A stretch of 64,000 bases of DNA, from positions 1-64,000 of the IMG/VR virus record IMGVR_UViG_3300027969_002350, one strand, 5' to 3'. This document shows, one piece after another, positions 17,614-26,919 of this stretch. The notes beneath the pieces were generated by a model. The model worked only from the letters and a program-made list of their open reading frames with translations. It was not told where the DNA came from and did not search any database. Numbering within the stretch: the stretch's first letter is position 1; each line of letters starts with the position of its first letter. This stretch comes from a virus. Position numbers and translations under genes: made by a program.

Positions 17614-18080
17614 TATTCAACAAAGTTAAAGACTTAAAGGCCAAAGGCCTTAAGATAGGAATTACATTTAGCACGTTTGATTTACTTCATGCCGGACATA
17701 TTGCTATGCTAGCAGAAGCAAAGAATCATTGTGATTACTTAATCTGCGGTATTCAAACTGACCCTACTATTGATAGGCCAGAGAGTAAAAATCCTCCGGT
17801 CCAAAGTATAGTAGAAAGACAAATACAATTATCAGCAGTACGCTACGTTGACGAAACAGTGGTATATCAAACTGAAAAAGACTTAGAAGATATTTTACTT
17901 ACATTGCCAATTGATGTTCGTATCCTAGGAATAGAATATGCAGAAAAAGATTTTACTGGCAAAAATATATGTTTTGACCGAGGCATTGAATTAGTATTCA
18001 ATCAAAGGGATCATAGCTTTAGCTCTAGTAACTTGAGAAAGCGTGTGGCCCACGCAGAAATGATTAAGGAAATAAAATGA
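17610..18080 (+). CDS. Cytidylyltransferase (TagD/glycerol-3-phosphate CTase-like)
   Basis: TFDLLHAGH (HxGH) and RDHSFSSS motifs. Confidence 0.88.
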   Translation: MIFNKVKDLKAKGLKIGITFSTFDLLHAGHIAMLAEAKNHCDYLICGIQTDPTIDRPESKNPPVQSIVERQIQLSAVRYVDETVVYQTEKDLEDILLTLPIDVRILGIEYAEKDFTGKNICFDRGIELVFNQRDHSFSSSNLRKRVAHAEMIKEIK

Positions 18081-19000
18081 GAATTGGTATTATTGGTTAT
18101 GGATTTGTGGGATCAGCAGTTGCGGCTGCTCACGATAGAAATGTGTTGATGATTAACGATCCTGGTAAGTTTGAAGAATGGCAACAATATACCGTAGAGC
18201 AAATTAAAGAAAACTGTGGATGGATTTATGTATGTTTGCCTACAGCACAAAATGAAGATGGAAGTTGTGATACCAGTATTTTAGATGCTATGTTAGAACA
18301 ACTCAAAGACTACGAAGGTTTTGTTATTAGCAAAAGTACAGCACCTCCTAAATGGTACAAAGACATTTTTGATAACTGTGGAATGAACAAAAAGTATAAG
18401 TTTAAATTTGTTCACATGCCAGAATTCTTGACTGCTAAAAATGCCATACAAGACTACATGCATCCAAAAATTATTGTTATTGGTGGCAACCCTATACATA
18501 CCAGTGTTATAACCACGCACGTTATTAACAGTGACTTAACTTACAAAAGTAAAGCTAGAATAGTTAGAACAGATATTGGTAGTGCGGCCGCTATGAAATA
18601 TTATGCCAACAGTTGGTTGGCTACCAAAGTTATCTATAATAATCAATTTGCTAAGTGGTGTGAATCACAAGGCGTTGTGTGGAATGATGTTACTGAAATC
18701 CTTGCACAAGATAATAGATTGGGCAACACACATTATAATGTGCCGGGAGAAAATGGTGATGTTGGCTATGCTGGATATTGTTTTCCAAAAGATATTGCTG
18801 CCATACTTAAAATTGCAGATGACAATGGCGTAGATATGAGTCTATTGAAATCTCAAGTTGAAATCAATGATGCTATGCGTGAAGCGCAACGAATACAACG
18901 AGAAGAAGAAGCTGCCAGGATCAAAGCATTCCCGCAACGTCGTAGAAGAGATGAACTTCCTCCATATAATCCAAACGCTAACAACCGTAGAAGACGTTGA
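18077..19000 (+). CDS. UDP-glucose/GDP-mannose dehydrogenase family protein lacking the C-terminal domain
   Basis: GIIGYGFVG, VCLPT, KSTAPP, PEFL, KYYAN and GYAGYCFPKD (catalytic Cys). Confidence 0.85.
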   Translation: MRIGIIGYGFVGSAVAAAHDRNVLMINDPGKFEEWQQYTVEQIKENCGWIYVCLPTAQNEDGSCDTSILDAMLEQLKDYEGFVISKSTAPPKWYKDIFDNCGMNKKYKFKFVHMPEFLTAKNAIQDYMHPKIIVIGGNPIHTSVITTHVINSDLTYKSKARIVRTDIGSAAAMKYYANSWLATKVIYNNQFAKWCESQGVVWNDVTEILAQDNRLGNTHYNVPGENGDVGYAGYCFPKDIAAILKIADDNGVDMSLLKSQVEINDAMREAQRIQREEEAARIKAFPQRRRRDELPPYNPNANNRRRR

Positions 19001-19025
19001 CAAGACCTAAATAATCATGTATAAT
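18997..19025 (+). promoter_or_regulatory. Sigma70-type promoter
   Basis: TTGACA-N17-TATAAT, GGAG RBS downstream. Confidence 0.75.
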
Positions 19026-19044
19026 ACTAATATGGAGACTTTAT

Positions 19045-19872
19045 ATGCAACCTGTATTTAAAAAAGATGAGCTCATTCACGGGACCATTTTAAAATTTAA
19101 ACAAGACAAAATTGAAGAAGTAATAGATATGACTGATAAAAACGAACCGGTGACATTACAAAACATAGACGACAAGGGCTACGAAGAAGCGTATTTTGCA
19201 GATGTTATCCGCACTAAGATGAAACGTGACAACAAACGCTTTTGGGCAGGTGACAATATCAGTGACTACTTACACGAAGGTGATGTAGAAAAACTAATCG
19301 ACGAAGCAACAGAAGCATTTGAACTAGTGCTAGATCGTTTGCTCATTGATAGAGAGAATGATCCTAATAGTAAAGGTACAGCAAGACGTCTTGCTAAAAT
19401 GTATTTTAATGAAATTATGGCAGGTAGATATGAACAAGCACCAGACGCAACAGCATTTCCAAACGATTCTGCAGACCGCTACGAAGGTATGCTCGTGGTA
19501 CGTAGTGAGTTACGTTCCATGTGTTCTCATCATCACCAGCCTGTTAGTGGGGTTGCCTACATCGGTATCCTTGCCGCTAATAAACTTATTGGTTTATCTA
19601 AGTATACTAGAATAGCACAATGGTGTGCTAGACGAGGTACGCTTCAAGAAGAACTAGCCAATGATATTGCTAAAGAGATTACGAAAGCTACAGACTCTGA
19701 AAGCGTGGGCGTGTATTTAAGGATGACTCATGGGTGTTGCGAAAATAGGGGTATCATGGCTCACGATAGTTCAACAACTACTACAGTACTTAAAGGTGCA
19801 TTTAGTCAAGATGTTGGTACAAAGAAAGAGTTTTTTGATACCTTGAGTTTACAAGAATCTAATAAGAGATAA
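19045..19872 (+). CDS. folE: GTP cyclohydrolase I
   Basis: SMCSHHHQP, IGLSKYTRI, LQEEL and HGCCENRG motifs. Confidence 0.93.
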   Translation: MQPVFKKDELIHGTILKFKQDKIEEVIDMTDKNEPVTLQNIDDKGYEEAYFADVIRTKMKRDNKRFWAGDNISDYLHEGDVEKLIDEATEAFELVLDRLLIDRENDPNSKGTARRLAKMYFNEIMAGRYEQAPDATAFPNDSADRYEGMLVVRSELRSMCSHHHQPVSGVAYIGILAANKLIGLSKYTRIAQWCARRGTLQEELANDIAKEITKATDSESVGVYLRMTHGCCENRGIMAHDSSTTTTVLKGAFSQDVGTKKEFFDTLSLQESNKR

Positions 19873-19877
19873 TACAT

Positions 19878-20468
19878 ATGATAGTAACTAGTCTTCCACG
19901 AAGCGGATCAACCAAATTCTGCACTGACTTATCAGTGAATTTAAAATTGCCACTGCATGACGAGATATTTGAATATGAGGTGGCAATAGACCATAAAGAA
20001 AAATTACATCAAATTTCAGATGCACCTGCTTCCTCTAAGGATATTATATTTTTAAAATCTCTAAACTTTAAAGAATGTGTGATTAATAATCATGAAATTT
20101 CATTCTTTACTTTAGAAAATACAGATATATTTGTATCTAGAAAAAATATACAAAATTCTATTTGGTCCTGGATCGAATATATTGATCGATATATTGATAT
20201 CTACTTATCGGAAAAAACAAAATTAGATCGATTATCAATAGAATTTAATAATAGAAAACATGCTATAATACATGGACAGTTAGAAAGATTGCTAAAACGT
20301 ACACGATACTTTTATGAATACTGTATTGTTACTAATAAAGAGATAATTGTGCCTGACCTAATTTACAGGAGTAATGAAGATGTTAGAGAAAAATTTAAAA
20401 TGTTCTCGAGTCAAATAATTGAATTTAAAAATCAACTAGTACTGCCTAGTGGATTTATATACGAATAA
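19878..20468 (+). CDS. Sulfotransferase-like protein
   Basis: N-terminal SLPRSGSTKF resembling the PAPS-binding loop. Confidence 0.45.
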   Translation: MIVTSLPRSGSTKFCTDLSVNLKLPLHDEIFEYEVAIDHKEKLHQISDAPASSKDIIFLKSLNFKECVINNHEISFFTLENTDIFVSRKNIQNSIWSWIEYIDRYIDIYLSEKTKLDRLSIEFNNRKHAIIHGQLERLLKRTRYFYEYCIVTNKEIIVPDLIYRSNEDVREKFKMFSSQIIEFKNQLVLPSGFIYE

Positions 20469-20481
20469 TAAAGAATTTAAG

Positions 20482-20691
20482 ATGAAAGATCCAGCAATAG
20501 AATTAAAAGTCGCAGACTTAAAAGTATTAGTTGACCAAGTAAATCAAATTATGAGTGACCTTCAAGACTTGAACGTAGAAGTTAGAATTGCTTATGTTGA
20601 TAAAAATGAACCAGGTCATACCACTGAATTTGGACCAGCTAGACAAAGTATTAAACTGTGGAAAGTAGAAGAGCGGAATGGCTACATCTAA
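20482..20691 (+). CDS. Hypothetical protein
   Basis: ORF tiling in operon. Confidence 0.55.
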   Translation: MKDPAIELKVADLKVLVDQVNQIMSDLQDLNVEVRIAYVDKNEPGHTTEFGPARQSIKLWKVEERNGYI

Positions 20692-21043
20692 TATACATCC
20701 AGGTTATGGCGCTGTTCCTCCAAGCCATAATCTTCCACCGTACGTAGGTTCTGCAGGACAAGTTCTAACTGCTAATGGTATGAATGGTACTAGTTGGTCC
20801 AAGCCCATGCAACATACTAATGCTGTTCAAATTGGTAATCCTGATCCTGTTATTACATTTAAATTGGATGGTGACATAGTAACCAAGGCAGGAACTATTA
20901 CAGCAGATGATTGGATAACTACTATCAAAGTTATGAAACAGTTAGTCATGGATATGAGTCAAGATGAGGAATTAGTATCTAAATATCCGTATATACGTGA
21001 TGTGGCACATTCCTGGATGATGGAAAAACTTAAAGGAGAATGA
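20678..21043 (+). CDS. Hypothetical protein
   Basis: ORF tiling in operon. Confidence 0.6.
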   Translation: MATSNIHPGYGAVPPSHNLPPYVGSAGQVLTANGMNGTSWSKPMQHTNAVQIGNPDPVITFKLDGDIVTKAGTITADDWITTIKVMKQLVMDMSQDEELVSKYPYIRDVAHSWMMEKLKGE

Positions 21044-21044
21044 T

Positions 21045-21251
21045 ATGGCAAAAGTAAAAACAAATAAAATCAGCGATAAATTAGCCAAGGTAAACGATAG
21101 CTTTACTATTAATATGTATGACAATGGCTTTATGTTAGAAATTGCAGGCAATGATCATAAAGAAGATTGGGCTAGTGCTAAAATTGTATGTACAAGTATG
21201 GCAGATCTTGTTGAGCTTATTCAAGAAGCAACAGAACTAGAAAGAAGTTAA
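21045..21251 (+). CDS. Hypothetical protein
   Basis: AAGGAG RBS; 68 aa. Confidence 0.7.
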   Translation: MAKVKTNKISDKLAKVNDSFTINMYDNGFMLEIAGNDHKEDWASAKIVCTSMADLVELIQEATELERS

Positions 21252-21253
21252 TC

Positions 21254-21763
21254 ATGGCATTTTGGACTATTAGGACTCATTATAAAAAATCTTGCGAACA
21301 GCACGAACATTTTTACAATCGTAAAATTGATGGTGCAAAAATTATTGTCAAAGACGGTTACCGTAGTGCAGAATTTACCATCGAAACTACAGACGATAAA
21401 TTTCCTGCTATTGAGTTTTCAGAAGTGCCAGGTGGCGACGGCAAGAAAGACAGCGTAGACTTATTCAGTCTTGTGGGAGAAAACATTGACTCAACTGACC
21501 TTATTGAAATGTACGACGGCGGCTGCTGGGGCGATATTGAAATTGAAGGTATCGACGACGAAGATGAAATAGAACGTCTAACAGATCTTATCAACGAAGA
21601 TGGTTCATATGCTTTAGAAGATGATGAAGATGGTGACTGGTATCTTAGCGACACTGAATGTTGGGTATGGGGTCCAATAAAAATTGAAGATGAGGCGGGC
21701 AATGTACGTATTATCATTGCAGATGAAGATGGCAATGTCATTGACTTTGAAGGAGACGAATAA
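21254..21763 (+). CDS. Acidic hypothetical protein
   Basis: 169 aa, very D/E-rich. Confidence 0.7.
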   Translation: MAFWTIRTHYKKSCEQHEHFYNRKIDGAKIIVKDGYRSAEFTIETTDDKFPAIEFSEVPGGDGKKDSVDLFSLVGENIDSTDLIEMYDGGCWGDIEIEGIDDEDEIERLTDLINEDGSYALEDDEDGDWYLSDTECWVWGPIKIEDEAGNVRIIIADEDGNVIDFEGDE

Positions 21764-22065
21764 TGGCAACAAAAAAGAAAACTAAAGTAGAAGAAGTCAA
21801 AGTAAAAAAACCTTCTAAGAAAAAAACAAAGGACAGTATCACTCTAGATATGCCTGGAACTATTGGTGGTGCTAAACTAGTATTTCCGGAAACTAAAGTT
21901 GTAAAAGGTAGTCACTTAACTATCACATACACTAACGGTTATCCTGAGAAATTAGAATGGGATGATGAAGCATTGATACGTGATGTTCGTCAGGCATTAC
22001 TAAAAGCAGAAAGTAACGTTCCTGCTACAGCAGAAACTAAACCAAAGAAGAGCAAAGCAAAATGA
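21763..22065 (+). CDS. Lys-rich hypothetical protein
   Basis: AAGGAG RBS; TAATG overlap. Confidence 0.7.
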   Translation: MATKKKTKVEEVKVKKPSKKKTKDSITLDMPGTIGGAKLVFPETKVVKGSHLTITYTNGYPEKLEWDDEALIRDVRQALLKAESNVPATAETKPKKSKAK

Positions 22066-22475
22066 AAACAACAGTAACTATATCAGACAATGAAGAATAT
22101 GTAATGGAAGATTTTCCGTGGCGTGACCCAATTAAAGAAAATGAACAAATGGTAGTGTTTATAGACAACTATCCTGTCAGTGAAGCTGGACATTTTCTTT
22201 TTGTACCTAAGACGAATGATATTAAAGACATTGCAGATTGCTTAACTGCCGCTACCAAACAAGGTGCTGCCTTTATGGAAGAGGGCAGATGTGATGGCTT
22301 TAATGTAGGATTGAACTACGGAGAAAGTGCAGGCCAAACTGTTGATTGGCCGCATGTTCATTTAATTCTTCGAGTACTAGGAGACTGTGCCAATCCAAAA
22401 GGCGGGGTAAGAAACGTAATTCCAGGTAAAGGCGATTACACAGCAGATGAAGAACCAACAACTGATTTCTCTTAA
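22062..22475 (+). CDS. HIT-family nucleotide hydrolase
   Basis: YPVSEAGHFLFVPK, GFNVGLNYGESAGQTVDWPHVHLI. Confidence 0.85.
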   Translation: MKTTVTISDNEEYVMEDFPWRDPIKENEQMVVFIDNYPVSEAGHFLFVPKTNDIKDIADCLTAATKQGAAFMEEGRCDGFNVGLNYGESAGQTVDWPHVHLILRVLGDCANPKGGVRNVIPGKGDYTADEEPTTDFS

Positions 22476-22689
22476 TTTTTGGGAATCTAAACAATTAGAA
22501 TATTGGCTAGAAGACAATTTTCCAGATTGTCGAATTCGTAGCCTTTATGATACCTGGACGGCTCCAGAAGACTCAGAATTGTATGCCATAGAAGGTAACA
22601 TTACACTTGACTTAGAGTGCCTTCTGAAGTTAAAATACAGTGACAGATTAAAAAATTCTAACGCAGGGATAAGACATGGACAAAATTAA
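22447..22689 (+). CDS. Hypothetical protein
   Basis: ORF tiling in operon. Confidence 0.5.
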   Translation: MKNQQLISLNFWESKQLEYWLEDNFPDCRIRSLYDTWTAPEDSELYAIEGNITLDLECLLKLKYSDRLKNSNAGIRHGQN

Positions 22690-23536
22690 AGTAAGTGAAA
22701 TCTTTTATAGCGCACAAGGTGAAGGTCGATTTATCGGCGTACCTAGTGTATTCTTCCGTACATTCGGTTGTAACTTTAAATGTGGCGGCTTTGGCTTGCC
22801 AGCAGGTGAAAAGACCTCAGAGCCAGATGACATTGGTGCTAAGGTACATCTATATAAAACGTTTATGGACTTACCCTTAGCACAAACAGGTTGTGACAGT
22901 TATGCTAGTTGGCATCCTGCATTTAAACATCTAAGTCCTTACTATAGTATCGATGAAGCTATTGCAGAAATGTTAAAGCTAACTCCTAATCATGCTTGGA
23001 AACAAGACAACGGCAATGATGTACATCTTGTTATTACAGGTGGCGAGCCATTGCTGGGCTGGCAACAACTATATCCTGACTTGCTCAGTGAAAACAAAAT
23101 GCGTGATCTCGAAAACTTAACCTTCGAGACAAACGGCACTCAGCACTTGCATGAAGACTTTAAACGTTTCTTAACCAATGATTATCATTTGCGTAAAGAT
23201 CAAATTACATTTAGTGTTAGTCCTAAACTAAGTGCCAGTGGTGAATCTTGGAAGGATGCTGTCTGTCCCGAAGTGGTTGCAGAGTATCAAACTCGTGGTT
23301 TTACATATTTAAAGTTTGTTGTTGATAAACTAGAAGACTTTAAAGAAGTAGATGCCGCCACAGCAGAATATAGGGAAGCCGGCTTTAAAGGTCCTGCGTT
23401 TGTTATGCCGGTAGGTGGTACTGATGCGGCCTACTTTGCCAACAGTAAACACATTGCAGACATTGCATTAGAACGAGGTTATCGTTATAGTCCTAGACTA
23501 CACGTAGACATTTGGAGTAATGGGTGGGGAAAATGA
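22676..23536 (+). CDS. queE: 7-carboxy-7-deazaguanine synthase (QueE-like radical SAM)
   Basis: EIFYSAQGEG, FFRTFGCNFKC...GCDS, ITGGEP, FETNG, VSPK and PRLH motifs. Confidence 0.88.
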   Translation: MDKIKVSEIFYSAQGEGRFIGVPSVFFRTFGCNFKCGGFGLPAGEKTSEPDDIGAKVHLYKTFMDLPLAQTGCDSYASWHPAFKHLSPYYSIDEAIAEMLKLTPNHAWKQDNGNDVHLVITGGEPLLGWQQLYPDLLSENKMRDLENLTFETNGTQHLHEDFKRFLTNDYHLRKDQITFSVSPKLSASGESWKDAVCPEVVAEYQTRGFTYLKFVVDKLEDFKEVDAATAEYREAGFKGPAFVMPVGGTDAAYFANSKHIADIALERGYRYSPRLHVDIWSNGWGK

Positions 23537-23736
23537 CAGAAACTAAAAAAAGAACAGTAGTCAGAATGATTACATATCGCTTAACAGCATGGCTATTCAC
23601 TATATTCTGGACCTATTTGTTTACTGGCGATATCGGAAGCGCCACGGGTTTTGCTACAGTTTTACATCTACTATTAAGCGTAGATTATTATATTCATGAA
23701 CGCATTTGGTTAACAATCAAATGGGGTAAAGAATGA
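23533..23736 (+). CDS. Small membrane protein (DUF2061-like)
   Basis: ETKKRTVVRMITYR...YYIHERIW pattern. Confidence 0.65.
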   Translation: MTETKKRTVVRMITYRLTAWLFTIFWTYLFTGDIGSATGFATVLHLLLSVDYYIHERIWLTIKWGKE

Positions 23737-24089
23737 AAGCACAACCGCCTGCACAAGGCATAATGTTCGATGGTGACTATGGAAACTGTCAAGCATACAC
23801 CATTGCCTGCGACTGTCACAGTGGAGATCATCAAGTTCATATGTGGATTGAACTTACAGGGGACGATGACCTCAAAGATATAGAAATGACATTCTATGTA
23901 AATACCACTACACCATTCTGGAGAGAAGGATTTAGCCGTATTAAAAGTGCATGGGATATTTTAATTAACGGGTATAGAGAAGATCAACATACATTGATTT
24001 TAAACAAACAGGCAGCATTGAATGTTGCTAGTACTATTAATCGAGTGGTAAAAGAATTAGAGGAAAAGAAAAATGGAAGTTCAACCTAA
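23733..24089 (+). CDS. Hypothetical protein
   Basis: ATGA overlap; CDC...H motif. Confidence 0.65.
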   Translation: MKAQPPAQGIMFDGDYGNCQAYTIACDCHSGDHQVHMWIELTGDDDLKDIEMTFYVNTTTPFWREGFSRIKSAWDILINGYREDQHTLILNKQAALNVASTINRVVKELEEKKNGSST

Positions 24090-24240
24090 AGATACAAGTA
24101 AGGGACATTTCTATGTTAGCCTTGTTAAAAGTGCATTACGTATCATTGCAGGTCTAGCATTAATTCAAGGTATGATATGTGAGGCGGGTGCATTTCTTGT
24201 TGCCGCAGAAATATTAGGCGTTGTTGAGGAATTAGTATGA
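24073..24240 (+). CDS. Small membrane protein (55 aa, not in the ORF track)
   Basis: GAGGA RBS; MEVQPKDTSKGHFYVSLVKSALRIIAG...EELV fills the gap exactly. Confidence 0.65.
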   Translation: MEVQPKDTSKGHFYVSLVKSALRIIAGLALIQGMICEAGAFLVAAEILGVVEELV

Positions 24241-24548
24241 AAGAGTTTCTAAAAGGCTTATTTAATAAAAAAGAAGAACCTACAGGCAAAGAAGGTAAAG
24301 AACCTTGGGTCAATGTTGTTAATACAAACTTTGATGGAGAAAATCCTAACCAAGGCTTTATGGAATTGGAATGGAATAAAGCCTTTATCGAGTTTCTACG
24401 TAAGCATGGTTATGAAGGTGCCACAGATGAGGAAGTAGTCGACAAGTGGTTTACTGACCTCTGTAAGAATATTGGTGGCCAAATGGATGAAGAATCCAAA
24501 TTTGTTGCTGACGCTGACAAGTTACCAAAAAAGCGTAAGAAGACTTGA
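24237..24548 (+). CDS. Hypothetical protein
   Basis: GAGGA RBS; ATGA overlap. Confidence 0.7.
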   Translation: MKEFLKGLFNKKEEPTGKEGKEPWVNVVNTNFDGENPNQGFMELEWNKAFIEFLRKHGYEGATDEEVVDKWFTDLCKNIGGQMDEESKFVADADKLPKKRKKT

Positions 24549-24577
24549 CTTTAATTGATAATCGTGTATAATAGCGT

Positions 24578-24793
24578 ATGTCAACAAAATTAAATTGGAA
24601 CTTTGAAGTTAAATGGGTAGGTGATACTCATATATTATTAATCCTAACAAGGACCGATGATGACAACATTAAAAATGAAATGCTAATGACAGTTAAAGAG
24701 TATGCCGAATTTATGAGCTTGCTACAAGAGTTCAACATGCACTTTAAAGATAAAATTGATCAACAACTTATACAAGATTATTTAAATGGGTAA
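24578..24793 (+). CDS. Hypothetical protein
   Basis: Follows TTGACT-N16-TATAAT (24545-24572). Confidence 0.65.
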   Translation: MSTKLNWNFEVKWVGDTHILLILTRTDDDNIKNEMLMTVKEYAEFMSLLQEFNMHFKDKIDQQLIQDYLNG

Positions 24794-25775
24794 ACAATAC
24801 ATCCTAGTAGATGCCGCTAACATGTTCTTCCGTGCTAGACACGTTGTTCGCGGAGAAGATGCAGAAACTAAGGTAGGTATGGCTTACCACATTATGTTTA
24901 ACAGCATTAATAAGGTATGGCGCGACTTTAAAGGTAGTCACGTTGTAGTCTGCCTTGAAGGTCGAAGCTGGCGTAAAGATGTTGATACAAAATACAAGGC
25001 CAATCGTACTGCGGCACGTATGGCATTAAGTCCTAAAGAAGCAGAAGAAGATCGAATCTTTTGGCAGGCCTTTGACGAATTCAAAGACTATCTTACATCC
25101 AAATCCAACTGCACCGTTCTACAACATGAACGCTGTGAAGCAGATGATTTCATTGCTCGCTGGATTCAAAATCATCCAGAAGATGAACACGTTATTGTCA
25201 GCAGTGACAGCGATTTTTATCAACTACTCAAACCAAATGTTCGTCAGTTTAATGGCATCAGTAAACAACTAATTACAGTTGATGGTATCTTTGACGAAAA
25301 AGGTAAGCGCATTAAAGATAAGAAAACTAAAGAAGAACTTGCACCACCAGATCCAGAATGGTTGCTGTTTGAGAAATGTATACGTGGCGATAGCTCAGAC
25401 AATGTCTTTAGTGCTTTCCCCGGTGTACGTGAAAAAGGTACTAAGAATAAAGTTGGTTTGAGAGAAGCATTTGCTGACCGAAAAGACAAGGGCCTCAATT
25501 GGAATATGATGATGCTTCAGCGTTGGGTTGACCACGAAGGAAATGAACATAGAGTTCGTGATAGATATTTGCACAATAAGATGCTGATTGACTTGACAGA
25601 ACAGCCAGAAGATATTAAAATAGCATTAGATACAACTATTAGCGATTCCGTTAATAAACAAAGAGTACAGTCAGTGGGCTTACACTTTGTCAAGTTTTGT
25701 AGTAAATGGAACCTTGTCACTATCGCAGATAAGATGACTGACCATGGAGAGTACCTCGGAGCAACATATAAATGA
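24786..25775 (+). CDS. rnh: T4 RNase H-like 5'-3' exonuclease/flap nuclease
   Basis: ILVDAAN, WRK..YKANR, EADDFI, SSDSDFYQL and RGDSSDNV motifs. Confidence 0.9.
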   Translation: MGKQYILVDAANMFFRARHVVRGEDAETKVGMAYHIMFNSINKVWRDFKGSHVVVCLEGRSWRKDVDTKYKANRTAARMALSPKEAEEDRIFWQAFDEFKDYLTSKSNCTVLQHERCEADDFIARWIQNHPEDEHVIVSSDSDFYQLLKPNVRQFNGISKQLITVDGIFDEKGKRIKDKKTKEELAPPDPEWLLFEKCIRGDSSDNVFSAFPGVREKGTKNKVGLREAFADRKDKGLNWNMMMLQRWVDHEGNEHRVRDRYLHNKMLIDLTEQPEDIKIALDTTISDSVNKQRVQSVGLHFVKFCSKWNLVTIADKMTDHGEYLGATYK

Positions 25776-26242
25776 TTTTAGCAAAAAGTGTAATTAAAGA
25801 TAAGTTTTGGATCTTAGAAGAAAATGCCAAACGTGTTGGTATGATGAACTTCAAAGACAACAATTATACTATTAATCTTAAACGTAAAGATTTAATAGCG
25901 CAAAACGAAAACGAACTTAAAAATATGGGTATCGAGTTTGTTATTCGTGATTTAACACATGGCGGACATCTTGAGGTTATGGGATATCCTACAGACCAAG
26001 AAGAAGTGTTTAATGTAAAAGAGATTGATGGATTTCCTACATTTACTAAAAAAGCCCTAAGTAAAAGCACTCACGTAGCAGGTTGGTATGGTTTAAGATT
26101 TAAGAATGGATGGAGTATTAGTCTTTGCCCTAGACTTACCACTGTTAAAACTAATCAATATGTAGGACCATTTAAAACTAAAATGGATCTTAAAGTTGTC
26201 CTAGGACAGAAAAAAGATGCTATTTTAGACGATGATCTTTAA
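25772..26242 (+). CDS. Hypothetical protein
   Basis: ATGA overlap; 156 aa. Confidence 0.7.
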   Translation: MILAKSVIKDKFWILEENAKRVGMMNFKDNNYTINLKRKDLIAQNENELKNMGIEFVIRDLTHGGHLEVMGYPTDQEEVFNVKEIDGFPTFTKKALSKSTHVAGWYGLRFKNGWSISLCPRLTTVKTNQYVGPFKTKMDLKVVLGQKKDAILDDDL

Positions 26243-26294
26243 TTAAATAAGTATATAATGCTGTTTTTGATAAATAATAGTAGGAGAACAGCAA

Positions 26295-26612
26295 ATGGCA
26301 AGACCAAAACCTACTATATTATTAACGCACGTTGACCCCAGTACTTATAAAAGCGAAGAAGTATTAGAAGCCGAAGCCATCTATGCAGTATTCTTTCAAG
26401 GTAAGCCGTTTAACCTTCGTACTTTCTTAAATAGTTTACAAGATTATCCTGGACCAAAGTACAAGAAGGTCAGCTTTAGTAATCCAGGACATGCATTTAA
26501 CTTAATGGAAAAAATGAACAAGTTGTTCAAGTGTTCAGACTTTACTGTAGTAGAATTAAAAGAAGGGTCACTAGTCAATGAGTCAGACCTTGTCAAAAAA
26601 ACAGATAAGTGA
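26295..26612 (+). CDS. Hypothetical protein
   Basis: GATAAATA at 26269-26276 and AGGAG RBS. Confidence 0.75.
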   Translation: MARPKPTILLTHVDPSTYKSEEVLEAEAIYAVFFQGKPFNLRTFLNSLQDYPGPKYKKVSFSNPGHAFNLMEKMNKLFKCSDFTVVELKEGSLVNESDLVKKTDK

Positions 26613-26919
26613 ATCAATATTTAAACAGTTAAAAGTCTCAGTAGGGCAAGACTTAGAGTTTTTTCAAATATTTAAAAACATCAAAGGTACTAGATTTACC
26701 AGCACTGGGTTTGAGTTGGCTAAGAAACTTTGGAAAATATATCCAATAAAATTCAAACAAGAATACAGAGTACTGAACAAAACGTTGTTACTACTAGATG
26801 AGCGTATGGATTGGCCATATTATCTAAGTAAACGTCAATTGGTATTATTCAGTGAAATGGATGCGTTCGAGTTTACATTATATTCAGGTGATATAAATCT
26901 ATGGTCCAACAAATTTTAA
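26578..26919 (+). CDS. Hypothetical protein
   Basis: ORF tiling in operon. Confidence 0.65.
   Translation: MSQTLSKKQISESIFKQLKVSVGQDLEFFQIFKNIKGTRFTSTGFELAKKLWKIYPIKFKQEYRVLNKTLLLLDERMDWPYYLSKRQLVLFSEMDAFEFTLYSGDINLWSNKF

Noticed and set aside
22676-23536. NrdG anaerobic ribonucleotide reductase activase
   Set aside because: EIFYSxQGEG, VSPK and PRLH motifs and the folE/queD/TGT context fit QueE; no nrdD in the window
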